From: an uncultured Candidatus Saccharibacteria bacterium
Lineage (GTDB): Bacteria > Patescibacteriota > Dojkabacteria > SC72
Direction: 5' to 3'
DNA: 64,000 nucleotides
Assembly: GCA_964514595.1 (NCBI GenBank)
Contig: CAZEQZ010000002.1
Location: 118,506 to 182,505, forward strand
The notes under the pieces: generated by a model
The model's input: the letters and a program-made list of their open reading frames with translations, nothing else
Databases searched by the model: none
What the model was told of the DNA's origin: nothing
In this document: piece by piece, positions 30,664-40,327 of the stretch
How the letters are laid out: each line of letters begins with the position of its first letter
How positions within the stretch are numbered: position 1 is the stretch's first letter
Position numbers and translations under genes: made by a program

Positions 30664-31644
30664 TTAACCTCCCTCATACCACCTATTAGCATCCTCTAAT
30701 ATTGTATCTATCTTTCTCTTAGGTTCCCAATTTAATATTTTCTTTGCTTTCTCAAAACTCCCTGTTACTACTACAGCCTCATTAGGATCACTCTCCACTA
30801 TTTCATAATCAACCTCCCTACCCGTTACCCTCTCTACACCCTTCACTATTTCCATAACTGTTGTACCATCACCAGAGCATAGATTAAATACATCACTCTT
30901 TCCATCATTCTTAAATAACCAATCTAATGCTTTTACATGACCTTCTGCTAAATCACACACATGCACATAATCTCTAACACCTGTACCATCCCTAGTCTCA
31001 TACTTATCCCCTCTAATCATCAAATGATATTCTCCTTTGCTTGCTTTAAATACTCTTGGTATTAAATTACCCATAGCTTCAGAATTTTCTCCTAACTTCC
31101 CACTACTATGTGCACCTGCAGCATTAAAATATCTAAGAGCTACATGTGAGATACCAGTCCCTTCAACATCTTTTAGAAGCAATTCCATACAATATTTATT
31201 TCTTCCATATGGTGTTAATGGATCAATCTTAGCCTCCTCCTTAACAGGTACACTCTCTGGATTCCCATATACTGCTGCAGATGAAGAAAATACAATCTTT
31301 TTAACCTTGTACTTACTCATACTCATAAGCAAGTTATATGTCCCTATCACATTATTCTCAAAATACTCCAAAGGTTCTTTCATTGAATCAACCACACTCT
31401 TGTATGCAGCAAAATGTATAACTCCATCTATACCATCCATTACACCATTAATATCATCCATATTTCTTAAATCCCCCTTCACAAACTCAACACTCTTTCC
31501 AGATATCTCCTTAATCCTTCCCACTACTTCCTCTGTACTATTTTCTAAATTATCTATTATCCTAACTTCATATCCTTCCTTAAGTAGTTCCACTACAGTA
31601 TGACTACCAATATATCCACACCCTCCTGTTACTAGTATTTTCAT
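30664..31644 (-). CDS. galE: UDP-glucose 4-epimerase
   Basis: ILVTGGCGYIGSH, HFAA.K.V, LRYFN and DGTGVRDYVHV motifs. Confidence 0.93.
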   Translation of the reverse strand: MKILVTGGCGYIGSHTVVELLKEGYEVRIIDNLENSTEEVVGRIKEISGKSVEFVKGDLRNMDDINGVMDGIDGVIHFAAYKSVVDSMKEPLEYFENNVIGTYNLLMSMSKYKVKKIVFSSSAAVYGNPESVPVKEEAKIDPLTPYGRNKYCMELLLKDVEGTGISHVALRYFNAAGAHSSGKLGENSEAMGNLIPRVFKASKGEYHLMIRGDKYETRDGTGVRDYVHVCDLAEGHVKALDWLFKNDGKSDVFNLCSGDGTTVMEIVKGVERVTGREVDYEIVESDPNEAVVVTGSFEKAKKILNWEPKRKIDTILEDANRWYEGG

Positions 31645-31739
31645 AATTAATTTTCTTAACTAAGTTAGTAATCATATTACCATGATTGAGAAAAATCATA
31701 AAATATGGTAGAAATGGGCATTAGATCAACAAAAGTTAA

Positions 31740-32696
31740 ATGCCAAGAACAAAAAAGAAAAAACTATCTATCGTAATACCTGTACTCAATGAAGAAAAAA
31801 ATATTGAGATATTAAATGAGAGAATTAAAAAGACTCTTAAAGGGAATATAGATTACGAAGTAATATGGGTAGATGATGGATCTTCAGACAGTACATCTAA
31901 GATATTAAGTAGGATATGTAAGGAGAGGAATGTGAAGGGTATATCCTTAATGACCAGGACAGGACAGAGTGGTGCATTAATGGCTGGTATTGAAATAGCT
32001 AAGGGAGATTACATAGCTACTATGGATGGAGATAATCAAGATGATCCCAAGGATTTCATAAAGATGATTAAGAAATTAGAGAAGGAAAGACTGGATGCTG
32101 TAATTGGTTGGAGAAGGAATAGGTGGAAGGGAAATTTCTTTAGAAAGTTTCCATCACTTGTTGCTAATAAGATGATGAAGATTGCATTTGGTGATCTAGG
32201 TATACATGATACTGGATGTATGATGAAGGTAGTGAAGGCAGATATTATGAAAGATATTAAACTGTATGGTGAGCTACACAGATTTATGTCATATCTCTTA
32301 GGAGTATACGGTGCAAGAATAGGAGAGGTATCTGTAAGTCATAAACCTAGAACACATGGAAAGAGTAAGTATGGATTAAGAAGAGCAATTACCGTTATAT
32401 TTGATATCTTCAATGTTAAATTCTTAACTATGAAAACATTAACACCTATTCAATTTATGGGACCCCTAGCACTCATTACATTTTTAATAGGTTTTGGATT
32501 AGGAATATATGTGGCTGTAGAAAAAATAGTTAATGATATTAATGTAACAGGTACTCCATTATTTACAGCATCTTTGATATCCATGATGATGGGTACTCAA
32601 TTTCTACTATTCGGATTACTTGGAGAGTTAGTACTAAGATCATACTATGAGAATGGTAAGGATAAGAGTGTATATGCTATTAGAAAGAGATACTAA
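31740..32696 (+). CDS. ArnC-like polyprenyl-phosphate glycosyltransferase (GT2 with two C-terminal TMs)
   Basis: DDGSSD, GQSGA, MDGD.QDDP, HDTGC..K, LYGELHRF and G.SKYG motifs. Confidence 0.9.
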   Translation: MPRTKKKKLSIVIPVLNEEKNIEILNERIKKTLKGNIDYEVIWVDDGSSDSTSKILSRICKERNVKGISLMTRTGQSGALMAGIEIAKGDYIATMDGDNQDDPKDFIKMIKKLEKERLDAVIGWRRNRWKGNFFRKFPSLVANKMMKIAFGDLGIHDTGCMMKVVKADIMKDIKLYGELHRFMSYLLGVYGARIGEVSVSHKPRTHGKSKYGLRRAITVIFDIFNVKFLTMKTLTPIQFMGPLALITFLIGFGLGIYVAVEKIVNDINVTGTPLFTASLISMMMGTQFLLFGLLGELVLRSYYENGKDKSVYAIRKRY

Positions 32697-32757
32697 ATAT
32701 ATTCCATTAAATCCCTTATTCTGTTAACATATATTAATAATTTAAACTGCTTTAAGT

Positions 32758-33930
32758 ATGAAAATATTTAAAAAAATATATAACATACTACCAATAACCA
32801 TACTATCATTCCTTCTTCTCCTATTAGTACCATCCACCATTAATGCAGCACAATTCCATTTCAAATCGTATACTCTTCCTGCTGAAGAAACCGTATATGA
32901 GGATATATATGTTGTGGCAGATACAATTAAGATAGACGGTGTTATTGATGGTGATGTAATACTGCTTGCTGATACAGTACAACTAAACGGTACCATAACT
33001 GGAGATGCATATCTAATGGGTGGGAAGATTGATGTAGATGCAACAGTATATGGAAACACATTTGTATTTGCTAATAATAGTACTGTAGGGGGGCTACTAA
33101 CAGGAAATACATACCTTGCTTCTTCTTTTCTAAACTACAATGCTGATAGTGAAGGGGATCTCTTTGCATTCTTTTTAGAAAGCAATATTAAGGGATCTGT
33201 AGGGGATGATTTAAGAGCTTTTGGTATTAGATCTAAGGTAGATTCAATTGTAAGGGGTGATTTACTACTCATAGGAGAACAGCACACAGCTAGTGAAGAG
33301 AAAGTATCTGGTAATATTTTCTACAACTCCACCATAGAGGGGATTGCAAAAGATCAGGGGGTAGAGATAGACAGAATGTTTAAGTTTGAAACACCAACCT
33401 TAAGAAGAGATTGGAATTTGAAGGCTGCTTCTGTAGGTATTAATTTCCTTAGTCTACTCTTGGTTGGATATTTCATAATATCTCTCACACCTGTTAAGAG
33501 TATTGAGATTAGAAAGAGAATTACAGATTCCACAGATGATTTTCTTAAGAGTTTAGGTATTGGTTTTGTATTAGCAATAGTCATACCTATACCTCTATTC
33601 ATACTATTTATATCCATAATTGGGACACCACTTGCCGTATTCATAACAGGATTACTTAGTTTTGTAATGATATTTGGAAAGATATGGGTAGAGACTGCAT
33701 TTGGTAAGGAGATATTGGAACTCTTTGGTGTAAAAGAGTACAGACCATTTAAATCATTCTTAGTTGGTAGAGTATTAACTACAGTAGTTAGCTTTATTCC
33801 AATAGTAAGAGGTTTTTATAATACTATAGTGGTACTAGTAGCTCTTGGTGCTATAGTAAGAATGAAGAATAGTTATTATAAAATAGCTAAAGAACAGGTT
33901 ACTAAACCAAAAACTACAAAGAAAAAATAG
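32758..33930 (+). CDS. Membrane protein with polymer-forming (bactofilin-like beta-helix) repeats
   Basis: Signal peptide; repeated I.G.I.GD/GN units; C-terminal TM bundle with SIIG.PL. Confidence 0.7.
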   Translation: MKIFKKIYNILPITILSFLLLLLVPSTINAAQFHFKSYTLPAEETVYEDIYVVADTIKIDGVIDGDVILLADTVQLNGTITGDAYLMGGKIDVDATVYGNTFVFANNSTVGGLLTGNTYLASSFLNYNADSEGDLFAFFLESNIKGSVGDDLRAFGIRSKVDSIVRGDLLLIGEQHTASEEKVSGNIFYNSTIEGIAKDQGVEIDRMFKFETPTLRRDWNLKAASVGINFLSLLLVGYFIISLTPVKSIEIRKRITDSTDDFLKSLGIGFVLAIVIPIPLFILFISIIGTPLAVFITGLLSFVMIFGKIWVETAFGKEILELFGVKEYRPFKSFLVGRVLTTVVSFIPIVRGFYNTIVVLVALGAIVRMKNSYYKIAKEQVTKPKTTKKK

Positions 33931-33939
33931 AGAGGAATA

Positions 33940-34692
33940 TTATTTCAATAATTCCTCTATAGCATTCTTAAATGTATCATATGGATATGCTCCTGCTATT
34001 AGCTTCCCCTCCACTACTCCATCCTCCCCTATCAATCCAACTATAAATCCTGGAGTACCACTAATACCCACACTCCTTCCTTCATTTAAATCTGCATTCA
34101 CTTCATCCCTATACGTATTCTCATCTAAACATGCCCTAAATTCACCCTCATCTACTCCCAATGTACCTACTAATGTAACTAACGCATCCTTACTCTCTGT
34201 AAAGAATGCCTTCTTATGATACTCTACATATGTTTGTGCATCTGACAAATTGAATACGCATGCTCCCCCCTCTGCTATTGTAAAGCCGATTTGTCCAGGA
34301 CTACTAAGTGGAAACTCCTTAAACACATACAATATCTTCCCTGTATCAATATAATTCTCCTTTATACTTGGGAATGTTTCTTCAGAATGTCTCTGACAGT
34401 ATCCACACTGATAGTCACTAAAATCAATAATAGCTACTGTTGCTGTTTCTGGATCTCCTAAGAATGGATCATCCCCTAATGATACAGTACCCTCTGGCGA
34501 TGAATCGGTGGAATCATCCTGCACTTGAGCGGAATCTCCTGTTCCAGCACTACCATTATCTACAGTATTATTCCTTGATGCAAAGAATATTAATGTAGCT
34601 ATAATAACACCAGATACTATGATTGCTATTGGAACACCTAATGTATCTAGATTAAATGTAACCTCTTTCTCATTTCCTTTCTTCTTACTCAT
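33940..34692 (-). CDS. DsbA-family thiol-disulfide oxidoreductase
   Basis: FSDYQCGYC (CxxC), G.SGTP.F and GAYPY motifs; N-terminal TM anchor. Confidence 0.9.
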   Translation of the reverse strand: MSKKKGNEKEVTFNLDTLGVPIAIIVSGVIIATLIFFASRNNTVDNGSAGTGDSAQVQDDSTDSSPEGTVSLGDDPFLGDPETATVAIIDFSDYQCGYCQRHSEETFPSIKENYIDTGKILYVFKEFPLSSPGQIGFTIAEGGACVFNLSDAQTYVEYHKKAFFTESKDALVTLVGTLGVDEGEFRACLDENTYRDEVNADLNEGRSVGISGTPGFIVGLIGEDGVVEGKLIAGAYPYDTFKNAIEELLK

Positions 34693-34749
34693 GAAATTTA
34701 ATAATCATTTTAAATATGGGCAAACACATAATATATATTATACATCGAA

Positions 34750-34778
34750 TAGACACATCCCGTAAAACAGAATATAAT
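34750..34778 (+). promoter_or_regulatory. Sigma70-type promoter
   Basis: TAGACA-17 bp-TATAAT, 5 nt before ATG 34784. Confidence 0.6.
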
Positions 34779-34783
34779 AAATT

Positions 34784-35632
34784 ATGGGCAATATGAATGG
34801 TGAGAATGGTAAAGTCGGTATTAAAGACTTCTTTGCTTTCATTTTATTTCTTGCCCTAATTGCAGTTCCCATATACTTTGCATATACCATACTACTCCCT
34901 AGAGTAGTTATATTTGATACAGAAGAAGATCAACAAGAAAACTCTCAGGATGATGAACAAGAGGACGAAGATATTGATGTATATGATAATCCACACTACG
35001 AGGAAATTCTAGAGAACATAGAGGGAGAGATGGCATATATCGTAGCCCCTAGAAGATTAAAAGGAAAAGAACCCTCCACTATTGTTGTATATAGTCACGG
35101 TTCCATTACAAATGTAACAGAAAATATGGATGATGTATTTATGCAAGAGCTTAGGGGCTATGGAATTATGTTCACAAAAAATAATTTCATATTTGCTGCA
35201 TCTAATCAACATGGAGCAAATTGGGGAAATGAACTATCTATACAAGATACACTTAATATGATTAATTGGATACAGGATAACTATGATACTAAAGAGAAGG
35301 TATATATGATTGGATTTAGTATGGGTGGACTCCCCACACTTAATTTCGCTACTAGGTATCCAGAACTTGTATCAAAAGTCGCACTGCTTGCTCCAACAAC
35401 TAGAGCGAATGAGTGGGATAGTGAGAGGGTGAGTAAGATTGAGAATATGAATATACAGATATGGCATGGGACTGCAGATGTAAATGTCCCATACTCTCTT
35501 TCCACTACATTTGTAAACAGATTAGGTACACTGGGTAGAGATATATCCTTAATTACATTGGAAGGAAAAACACATTGGGATATGGAGAGTAACTATATGG
35601 ATGATATATTAGAGTATTTTCTCAACAACTGA
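34784..35632 (+). CDS. Membrane-anchored alpha/beta hydrolase (esterase/peptidase)
   Basis: HG oxyanion motif, GFSMGG nucleophile elbow, HGTADVNVP, C-terminal His. Confidence 0.85.
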   Translation: MGNMNGENGKVGIKDFFAFILFLALIAVPIYFAYTILLPRVVIFDTEEDQQENSQDDEQEDEDIDVYDNPHYEEILENIEGEMAYIVAPRRLKGKEPSTIVVYSHGSITNVTENMDDVFMQELRGYGIMFTKNNFIFAASNQHGANWGNELSIQDTLNMINWIQDNYDTKEKVYMIGFSMGGLPTLNFATRYPELVSKVALLAPTTRANEWDSERVSKIENMNIQIWHGTADVNVPYSLSTTFVNRLGTLGRDISLITLEGKTHWDMESNYMDDILEYFLNN

Positions 35633-35641
35633 TCGAGGAAT

Positions 35642-36244
35642 TTATTCCAAATAATCAATTATTTCCCTAGACCACCAAGTTAAATTTTCTACATTCTCTC
35701 TTAAGTAGTTAATATCTACAAACCCTATATTCTCCAAACCCTCCTCCCTTATACTCACATCATCACCATCTAATTCAAACATATATACAAACCCTACATG
35801 TACATAGTTAACAGGATTACCATCCTCTATATATACCAATCCTAGAAACTTTCTATCTATTACATTTGCATTAACCTCTGCTTCCTCATGCATCTCCCTT
35901 AACATAGCTGTTTCTATAATATCTGTACTATTATCATTCCCCATATCAAACATCTCAATATGACCACCCAATGGAAGAGGACAAAGAGAATTTAACCTTG
36001 CTTCACTTCTGTTTACCTGTTTATGAAGAAAATATCTATCCTTATGCTTTAATACTACCTGAGCTATAAGTTGCTTATACTTTGTATCCTCTTCTAGATC
36101 ATCCCTAACCCTAAATTCCAAACTCTTAGCAACTAGATCTTTGTAGTATTGCAAATCATCTACCTGCATACCGTTCCACTTCCCCCTCTCAAAAAGAGTT
36201 TCCTCTTTTATACAAGCTATTTTCTCTGTATGATTCTTCTCCAT
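35642..36244 (-). CDS. NUDIX hydrolase
   Basis: E.D..YKQLI and GGH....REMHEE Nudix box. Confidence 0.8.
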   Translation of the reverse strand: MEKNHTEKIACIKEETLFERGKWNGMQVDDLQYYKDLVAKSLEFRVRDDLEEDTKYKQLIAQVVLKHKDRYFLHKQVNRSEARLNSLCPLPLGGHIEMFDMGNDNSTDIIETAMLREMHEEAEVNANVIDRKFLGLVYIEDGNPVNYVHVGFVYMFELDGDDVSIREEGLENIGFVDINYLRENVENLTWWSREIIDYLE

Positions 36245-36448
36245 CTACTCTTCTACAATTATTGCCATAGAGGGACATGCTGAGGCAGCTTCCCTTACCT
36301 TTTCCTCTAATTCTGCAGGTACATCCACTCCCTTATATTCATCCTTAACATCCACACTACCATCCTCTTTCATCTCAAATACCTCGGGACATATTGCTAC
36401 ACAAGATGCACACATTGTACACTTCTCTTTATCTATAGATACTTTCAT
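36245..36448 (-). CDS. Mono-cluster [4Fe-4S] ferredoxin
   Basis: CTMCASC..ICP...ACP..AI pattern. Confidence 0.92.
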   Translation of the reverse strand: MKVSIDKEKCTMCASCVAICPEVFEMKEDGSVDVKDEYKGVDVPAELEEKVREAASACPSMAIIVEE

Positions 36449-36501
36449 ATGTATTTATATTTAATTTAGACTATACATTCTTACAAATATATATATTAAG
36501 G

Positions 36502-37215
36502 TCAAACCTTTTTCCTTTTCAATTGACTAAAGTATATTCCCAACCTTTGTATAAAATGGCTGATTCCTAATATACCCATTACCATCGATAGTTCAACATG
36601 CCAATACAGAAAATCAAAATCTACATCCCACAACTGAGGCTTCTTAGTTCGTATAACCATAAATATACCGAAACCTAACGCAGGGATTAAAAGTGTTAGG
36701 AAAAGAATTGTATTCCAAAATGCATTAAATTTTACAATACTTATTCCAATAAACTTATTCTTCTTAAAAAGGAAATATAGGCCCCAGTAGGTTATGATTG
36801 ATATTAAAAATGGGACAATTAAATTATACTCTCTAGGTTTCTTAATCGGCTCTACACTATCCTCTACGGTTGCCTCCTCAACATATATCTCCTCCTCTTC
36901 AATAACCTCCTCCTCTATTTCCCCTATCTTATACCTCTCTAACAACACATACGACGATTCCCTATGATCCCTCCCAATCCCCGCCTTATCCTTAAAATCC
37001 TCAGTCATATCCCTTCCGCACCACTCTCGAATATCCATATACCTATCATGATCTGGCACGTATTCAGAGAGATCATACACACTCCCTTCAAACACCATCC
37101 AACAATCCCCCTCTGTACTGTGCTGTTCAACCTCACCTATCGTATATGCATATATTCGACTTGCGAAAAGAGAGAGAGTCAAAAATGAAAATATAATGGC
37201 AGTTAGTTTTCTCAT
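36502..37215 (-). CDS. Cytochrome b5-like heme-binding domain fused to a His-containing membrane domain
   Basis: YT..EV..H....DCW....VYDL..Y...H...CG.D.T..F...H......L..YKIG pattern; C-terminal TMs with WH...H. Confidence 0.8.
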   Translation of the reverse strand: MRKLTAIIFSFLTLSLFASRIYAYTIGEVEQHSTEGDCWMVFEGSVYDLSEYVPDHDRYMDIREWCGRDMTEDFKDKAGIGRDHRESSYVLLERYKIGEIEEEVIEEEEIYVEEATVEDSVEPIKKPREYNLIVPFLISIITYWGLYFLFKKNKFIGISIVKFNAFWNTILFLTLLIPALGFGIFMVIRTKKPQLWDVDFDFLYWHVELSMVMGILGISHFIQRLGIYFSQLKRKKV

Positions 37216-37285
37216 CTTTAATATGTTGAATTTAGTTATATAAGGAGTAATATATATAGTATACATAATTTATAATTAAATTATT

Positions 37286-37861
37286 ATGAAAAAACTGTTA
37301 GGCATAATTGTTGCTGTAGTAGCAGTATTAGGTGTAGGGGGATACTTCCTAGTACAAGAATCGTACGCAGCTACCCCAGCAGATCCACTATTTGGAGTAC
37401 AAACAGCATTAGATAATCTGCAAAGAGCTTTAACATTCGACGAAGTTGCAAAAACAGAATTAGAACAGAAAATTCTAGAGAGAAGACAAGAACAAGTTGA
37501 AAGGATGCTACTGAGGACAAATGTTACTGAAGAACAGTTGGAGGATGCTCTCAGATTAATGAATCAACAAAGAGAGAGAGTTATGGAAAGACTACAGGAG
37601 GTTGAACAGAATATGGAACAGAAGGGAAATGATCAGGCTGTTGAATCACTACAGAAAGTACAAGAGCAGTACAAGGAGAATCTAGATAGGCAACTAGAGA
37701 CAGCAGAGAAAGCTCAGGAAAAATATTCTGGCGTGGGAGAGACAGTAAGGCAGAATATTGAGATGGAGAAGAACTCTTTGAATAATCAGGGTGAAGATTC
37801 ACAAAATCAACAACAGAATCAAGAGATGAATATTGATAATGGTAACAGAGGGGGAAATTAA
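37286..37861 (+). CDS. DUF5667-like exported helical protein
   Basis: Signal/TM anchor, then A.P.DPLFG...LTFD...K.E..RR..E. Confidence 0.65.
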   Translation: MKKLLGIIVAVVAVLGVGGYFLVQESYAATPADPLFGVQTALDNLQRALTFDEVAKTELEQKILERRQEQVERMLLRTNVTEEQLEDALRLMNQQRERVMERLQEVEQNMEQKGNDQAVESLQKVQEQYKENLDRQLETAEKAQEKYSGVGETVRQNIEMEKNSLNNQGEDSQNQQQNQEMNIDNGNRGGN

Positions 37862-38373
37862 AACACCTCTTTGTGAACTTTTCTGTCATCATACTCCTCC
37901 TCGCTATGAGGGGGAGTTTCCTTCTGGGGATATCCTATGGCCATAATACATAGTACTCTGTATTCCTTTGGTATATCCAATATATTTCTAACATACTCTT
38001 CCCTATCCTGACCTTCTTCTGTTTTTCCATCCTTTATATTTGCCCAACAACATCCTAGCCCTTGATTTGTAGCTTCCAAATATATATGTGCTCCTGCAAT
38101 ACTACAATCCTCTAACCACATATCTGTATCACTCTCTTTTGCAATTACAACAATACCAACATTACACCTTCCTACAAAGGATTGCCATTGCCCACACTTA
38201 CCTAACTTGGATAATATCTTTTTATCTTTTACTACAACAAATTCCCACGGATTAGCATGATTACCAGAGGGACTAACCATAGCAGAACATAGAATATTAC
38301 GTATTTGTTCTTCAGTAACCTCTTGATCAGTGTATTCTCTAACACTTCTTCTTTTCTTAAATATTTCATGCAT
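37858..38373 (-). CDS. Nitroreductase family protein
   Basis: KRRSVR.Y, SPS...PWEFVVV, DCSIA, GLGCCW and IGYP motifs. Confidence 0.92.
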   Translation of the reverse strand: MHEIFKKRRSVREYTDQEVTEEQIRNILCSAMVSPSGNHANPWEFVVVKDKKILSKLGKCGQWQSFVGRCNVGIVVIAKESDTDMWLEDCSIAGAHIYLEATNQGLGCCWANIKDGKTEEGQDREEYVRNILDIPKEYRVLCIMAIGYPQKETPPHSEEEYDDRKVHKEVF

Positions 38374-38497
38374 TGTATATTCTATTAATTTAGGGCGTTG
38401 GAGATTATAGACATAATTAAGAAATGATTGCAATCCCTATAGTGTATTTTACTAAACCATGGTAATATAATTTTATACAAATTCTAGACCTGAAAAT

Positions 38498-39094
38498 ATG
38501 GACCCCAGCAATACTGAAGGAAGTGATTTTGATAACGAAAAAATCATAGAAGGAAAAATCGAAGAAATCGCACGATTTGTTCTGGATGGAGACATAACAA
38601 ATGACTGTTCTTCTCCACATAATTTTCTAACAAGTCTTGAACAAATCACCCTATTTGAATTAGAAGAGTATGTAATAGAGGGGACTTTCCCTCTTGGTAT
38701 TCTAACCAATATGATAGAGCTGAAAGCCTGGGAATTAGGATTGGAGGAGTTAGAACAGGAAGATTGTGGAGAGAATCAGGAACCGTACAACCCACTGAAG
38801 ATGGATGATTACAAGACTCTCCTTAAGACTCCCGAGAATCAAAAAATATTAAAACGAATCGCCCTCAATATATTCAGAGGAAATATTACAGATGATAATC
38901 CTTCCTATGCAAATGAGTATACCGGGTTGGAACAATTAATAATATACAAATTTCTTAATGAGCACCCAAAATCGGAAGAGCAGATCATAATTAGGTATAT
39001 AAAAAGTGTTGTGAAATCTCTACGAGGAGAATTACAAGGAGGAACAAAGCTCACCGGATCCTTGGAGGATATATTTCAGCTAGGAGAGGAATAG
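38498..39094 (+). CDS. Hypothetical acidic protein with an internal 31-aa repeat
   Basis: 198-aa ORF filling the gap between genes; no family recognised. Confidence 0.6.
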   Translation: MDPSNTEGSDFDNEKIIEGKIEEIARFVLDGDITNDCSSPHNFLTSLEQITLFELEEYVIEGTFPLGILTNMIELKAWELGLEELEQEDCGENQEPYNPLKMDDYKTLLKTPENQKILKRIALNIFRGNITDDNPSYANEYTGLEQLIIYKFLNEHPKSEEQIIIRYIKSVVKSLRGELQGGTKLTGSLEDIFQLGEE

Positions 39095-39101
39095 ATTGTT
39101 G

Positions 39102-39746
39102 TTAGTTCATTTTCCATTTAATATATTTAATAACCTTCTGTTCATTAATATGCTTCTTTTCAAATGTAGTTTGTACATCCGTAATATTTTCTATATCCCC
39201 TCTTGAATATACATCCTCTATATTCTCAATTATATTGAAATCCATACTCTTAATTATTTCTAATGTATATTCATACAACTCTTCTGAATCTGTTTTTAAG
39301 TGAACAATACCGCTCTTTTTTAAAATAACCTTATACATTTCTAAAAACTTAGGACTTGTTAACCTCTTCTTACTATCCCTATCCTTCGGAAATGGATCAG
39401 GAAACGTAATCCATATCTCATCTATACTACCCTTAGGAATATACTCTAACAAATTCTCAATTTGTATTCTTAAAAAATATACATTATCTAATCTATTATC
39501 CAATGCATCCTTAGCTCCTCTCCATAATCGCTCTCCCTGAATATCAATACCTATGATTAAGGTATCTCCATATTTATTTCCTAGATGCACAGAGTACTCA
39601 CCCTTCCCACATGCCAATTCTAATATTACTTTGTTATATTGATTTATTATTTCCTTTACTTTTTCTCTTGTATCTTGACCATCCCACTCTAGTACATTGG
39701 AGAAAGATTTCATTTCTTCAAACTTTTTTCTATTACTTCTAGACAT
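39102..39746 (-). CDS. trmB: tRNA (guanine-N7)-methyltransferase
   Basis: LELACGKG, ITFPDP.PK....RL, KTD and T.FE motifs. Confidence 0.93.
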   Translation of the reverse strand: MSRSNRKKFEEMKSFSNVLEWDGQDTREKVKEIINQYNKVILELACGKGEYSVHLGNKYGDTLIIGIDIQGERLWRGAKDALDNRLDNVYFLRIQIENLLEYIPKGSIDEIWITFPDPFPKDRDSKKRLTSPKFLEMYKVILKKSGIVHLKTDSEELYEYTLEIIKSMDFNIIENIEDVYSRGDIENITDVQTTFEKKHINEQKVIKYIKWKMN

Positions 39747-39829
39747 ACTGGAATACTATCATATATGTTGGTTTGAGTTAATGATAGTTTTAGGGTATAA
39801 AAAAGAAGTAGTTAAATTTTTAATGAGGA

Positions 39830-40327
39830 GTGATGGCAAAACCAACAAAATATGCTCCCCATATCTGTACTGCTGTAACTATCTTGGCATTGATAGGTAT
39901 AGTAGTTGGATTAACCACAGGGAACACCTTGTGGATAGTATTTTTACTTCTCCCTACGGCTATTTATGAAGCATACAGAACTGAGGGTAAATCTACAAAA
40001 GCTTCATCATTACTTTTAGTAGCTGTGTTAATATTAGAAGCAATATTAATCATATTTAACGTTGACTTTAATCTTGCTGAGTATTTGGGTACCTCCGAAA
40101 GATATATTGGAAGTTATTTAGTACCTTTAGGAGAGCTCACTATAGTTGGCCCAACAGTAATGGCTATTCTTTCTGTAATTTTGTTCGTACGAACAAGGGG
40201 TATATATACTAGGTGGTTAGCAGCTGTAATATTTATTACATCTTTTGCAATAGTGTACTCTATTGATCCTAATGTATTTACTGACTTATTTAAGTATGCT
40301 GTAGATGAGGGATTAAGAAGGATATAA
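39830..40327 (+). CDS. Hypothetical membrane protein
   Basis: 165 aa with about 5 TMs. Confidence 0.7.
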   Translation: MMAKPTKYAPHICTAVTILALIGIVVGLTTGNTLWIVFLLLPTAIYEAYRTEGKSTKASSLLLVAVLILEAILIIFNVDFNLAEYLGTSERYIGSYLVPLGELTIVGPTVMAILSVILFVRTRGIYTRWLAAVIFITSFAIVYSIDPNVFTDLFKYAVDEGLRRI

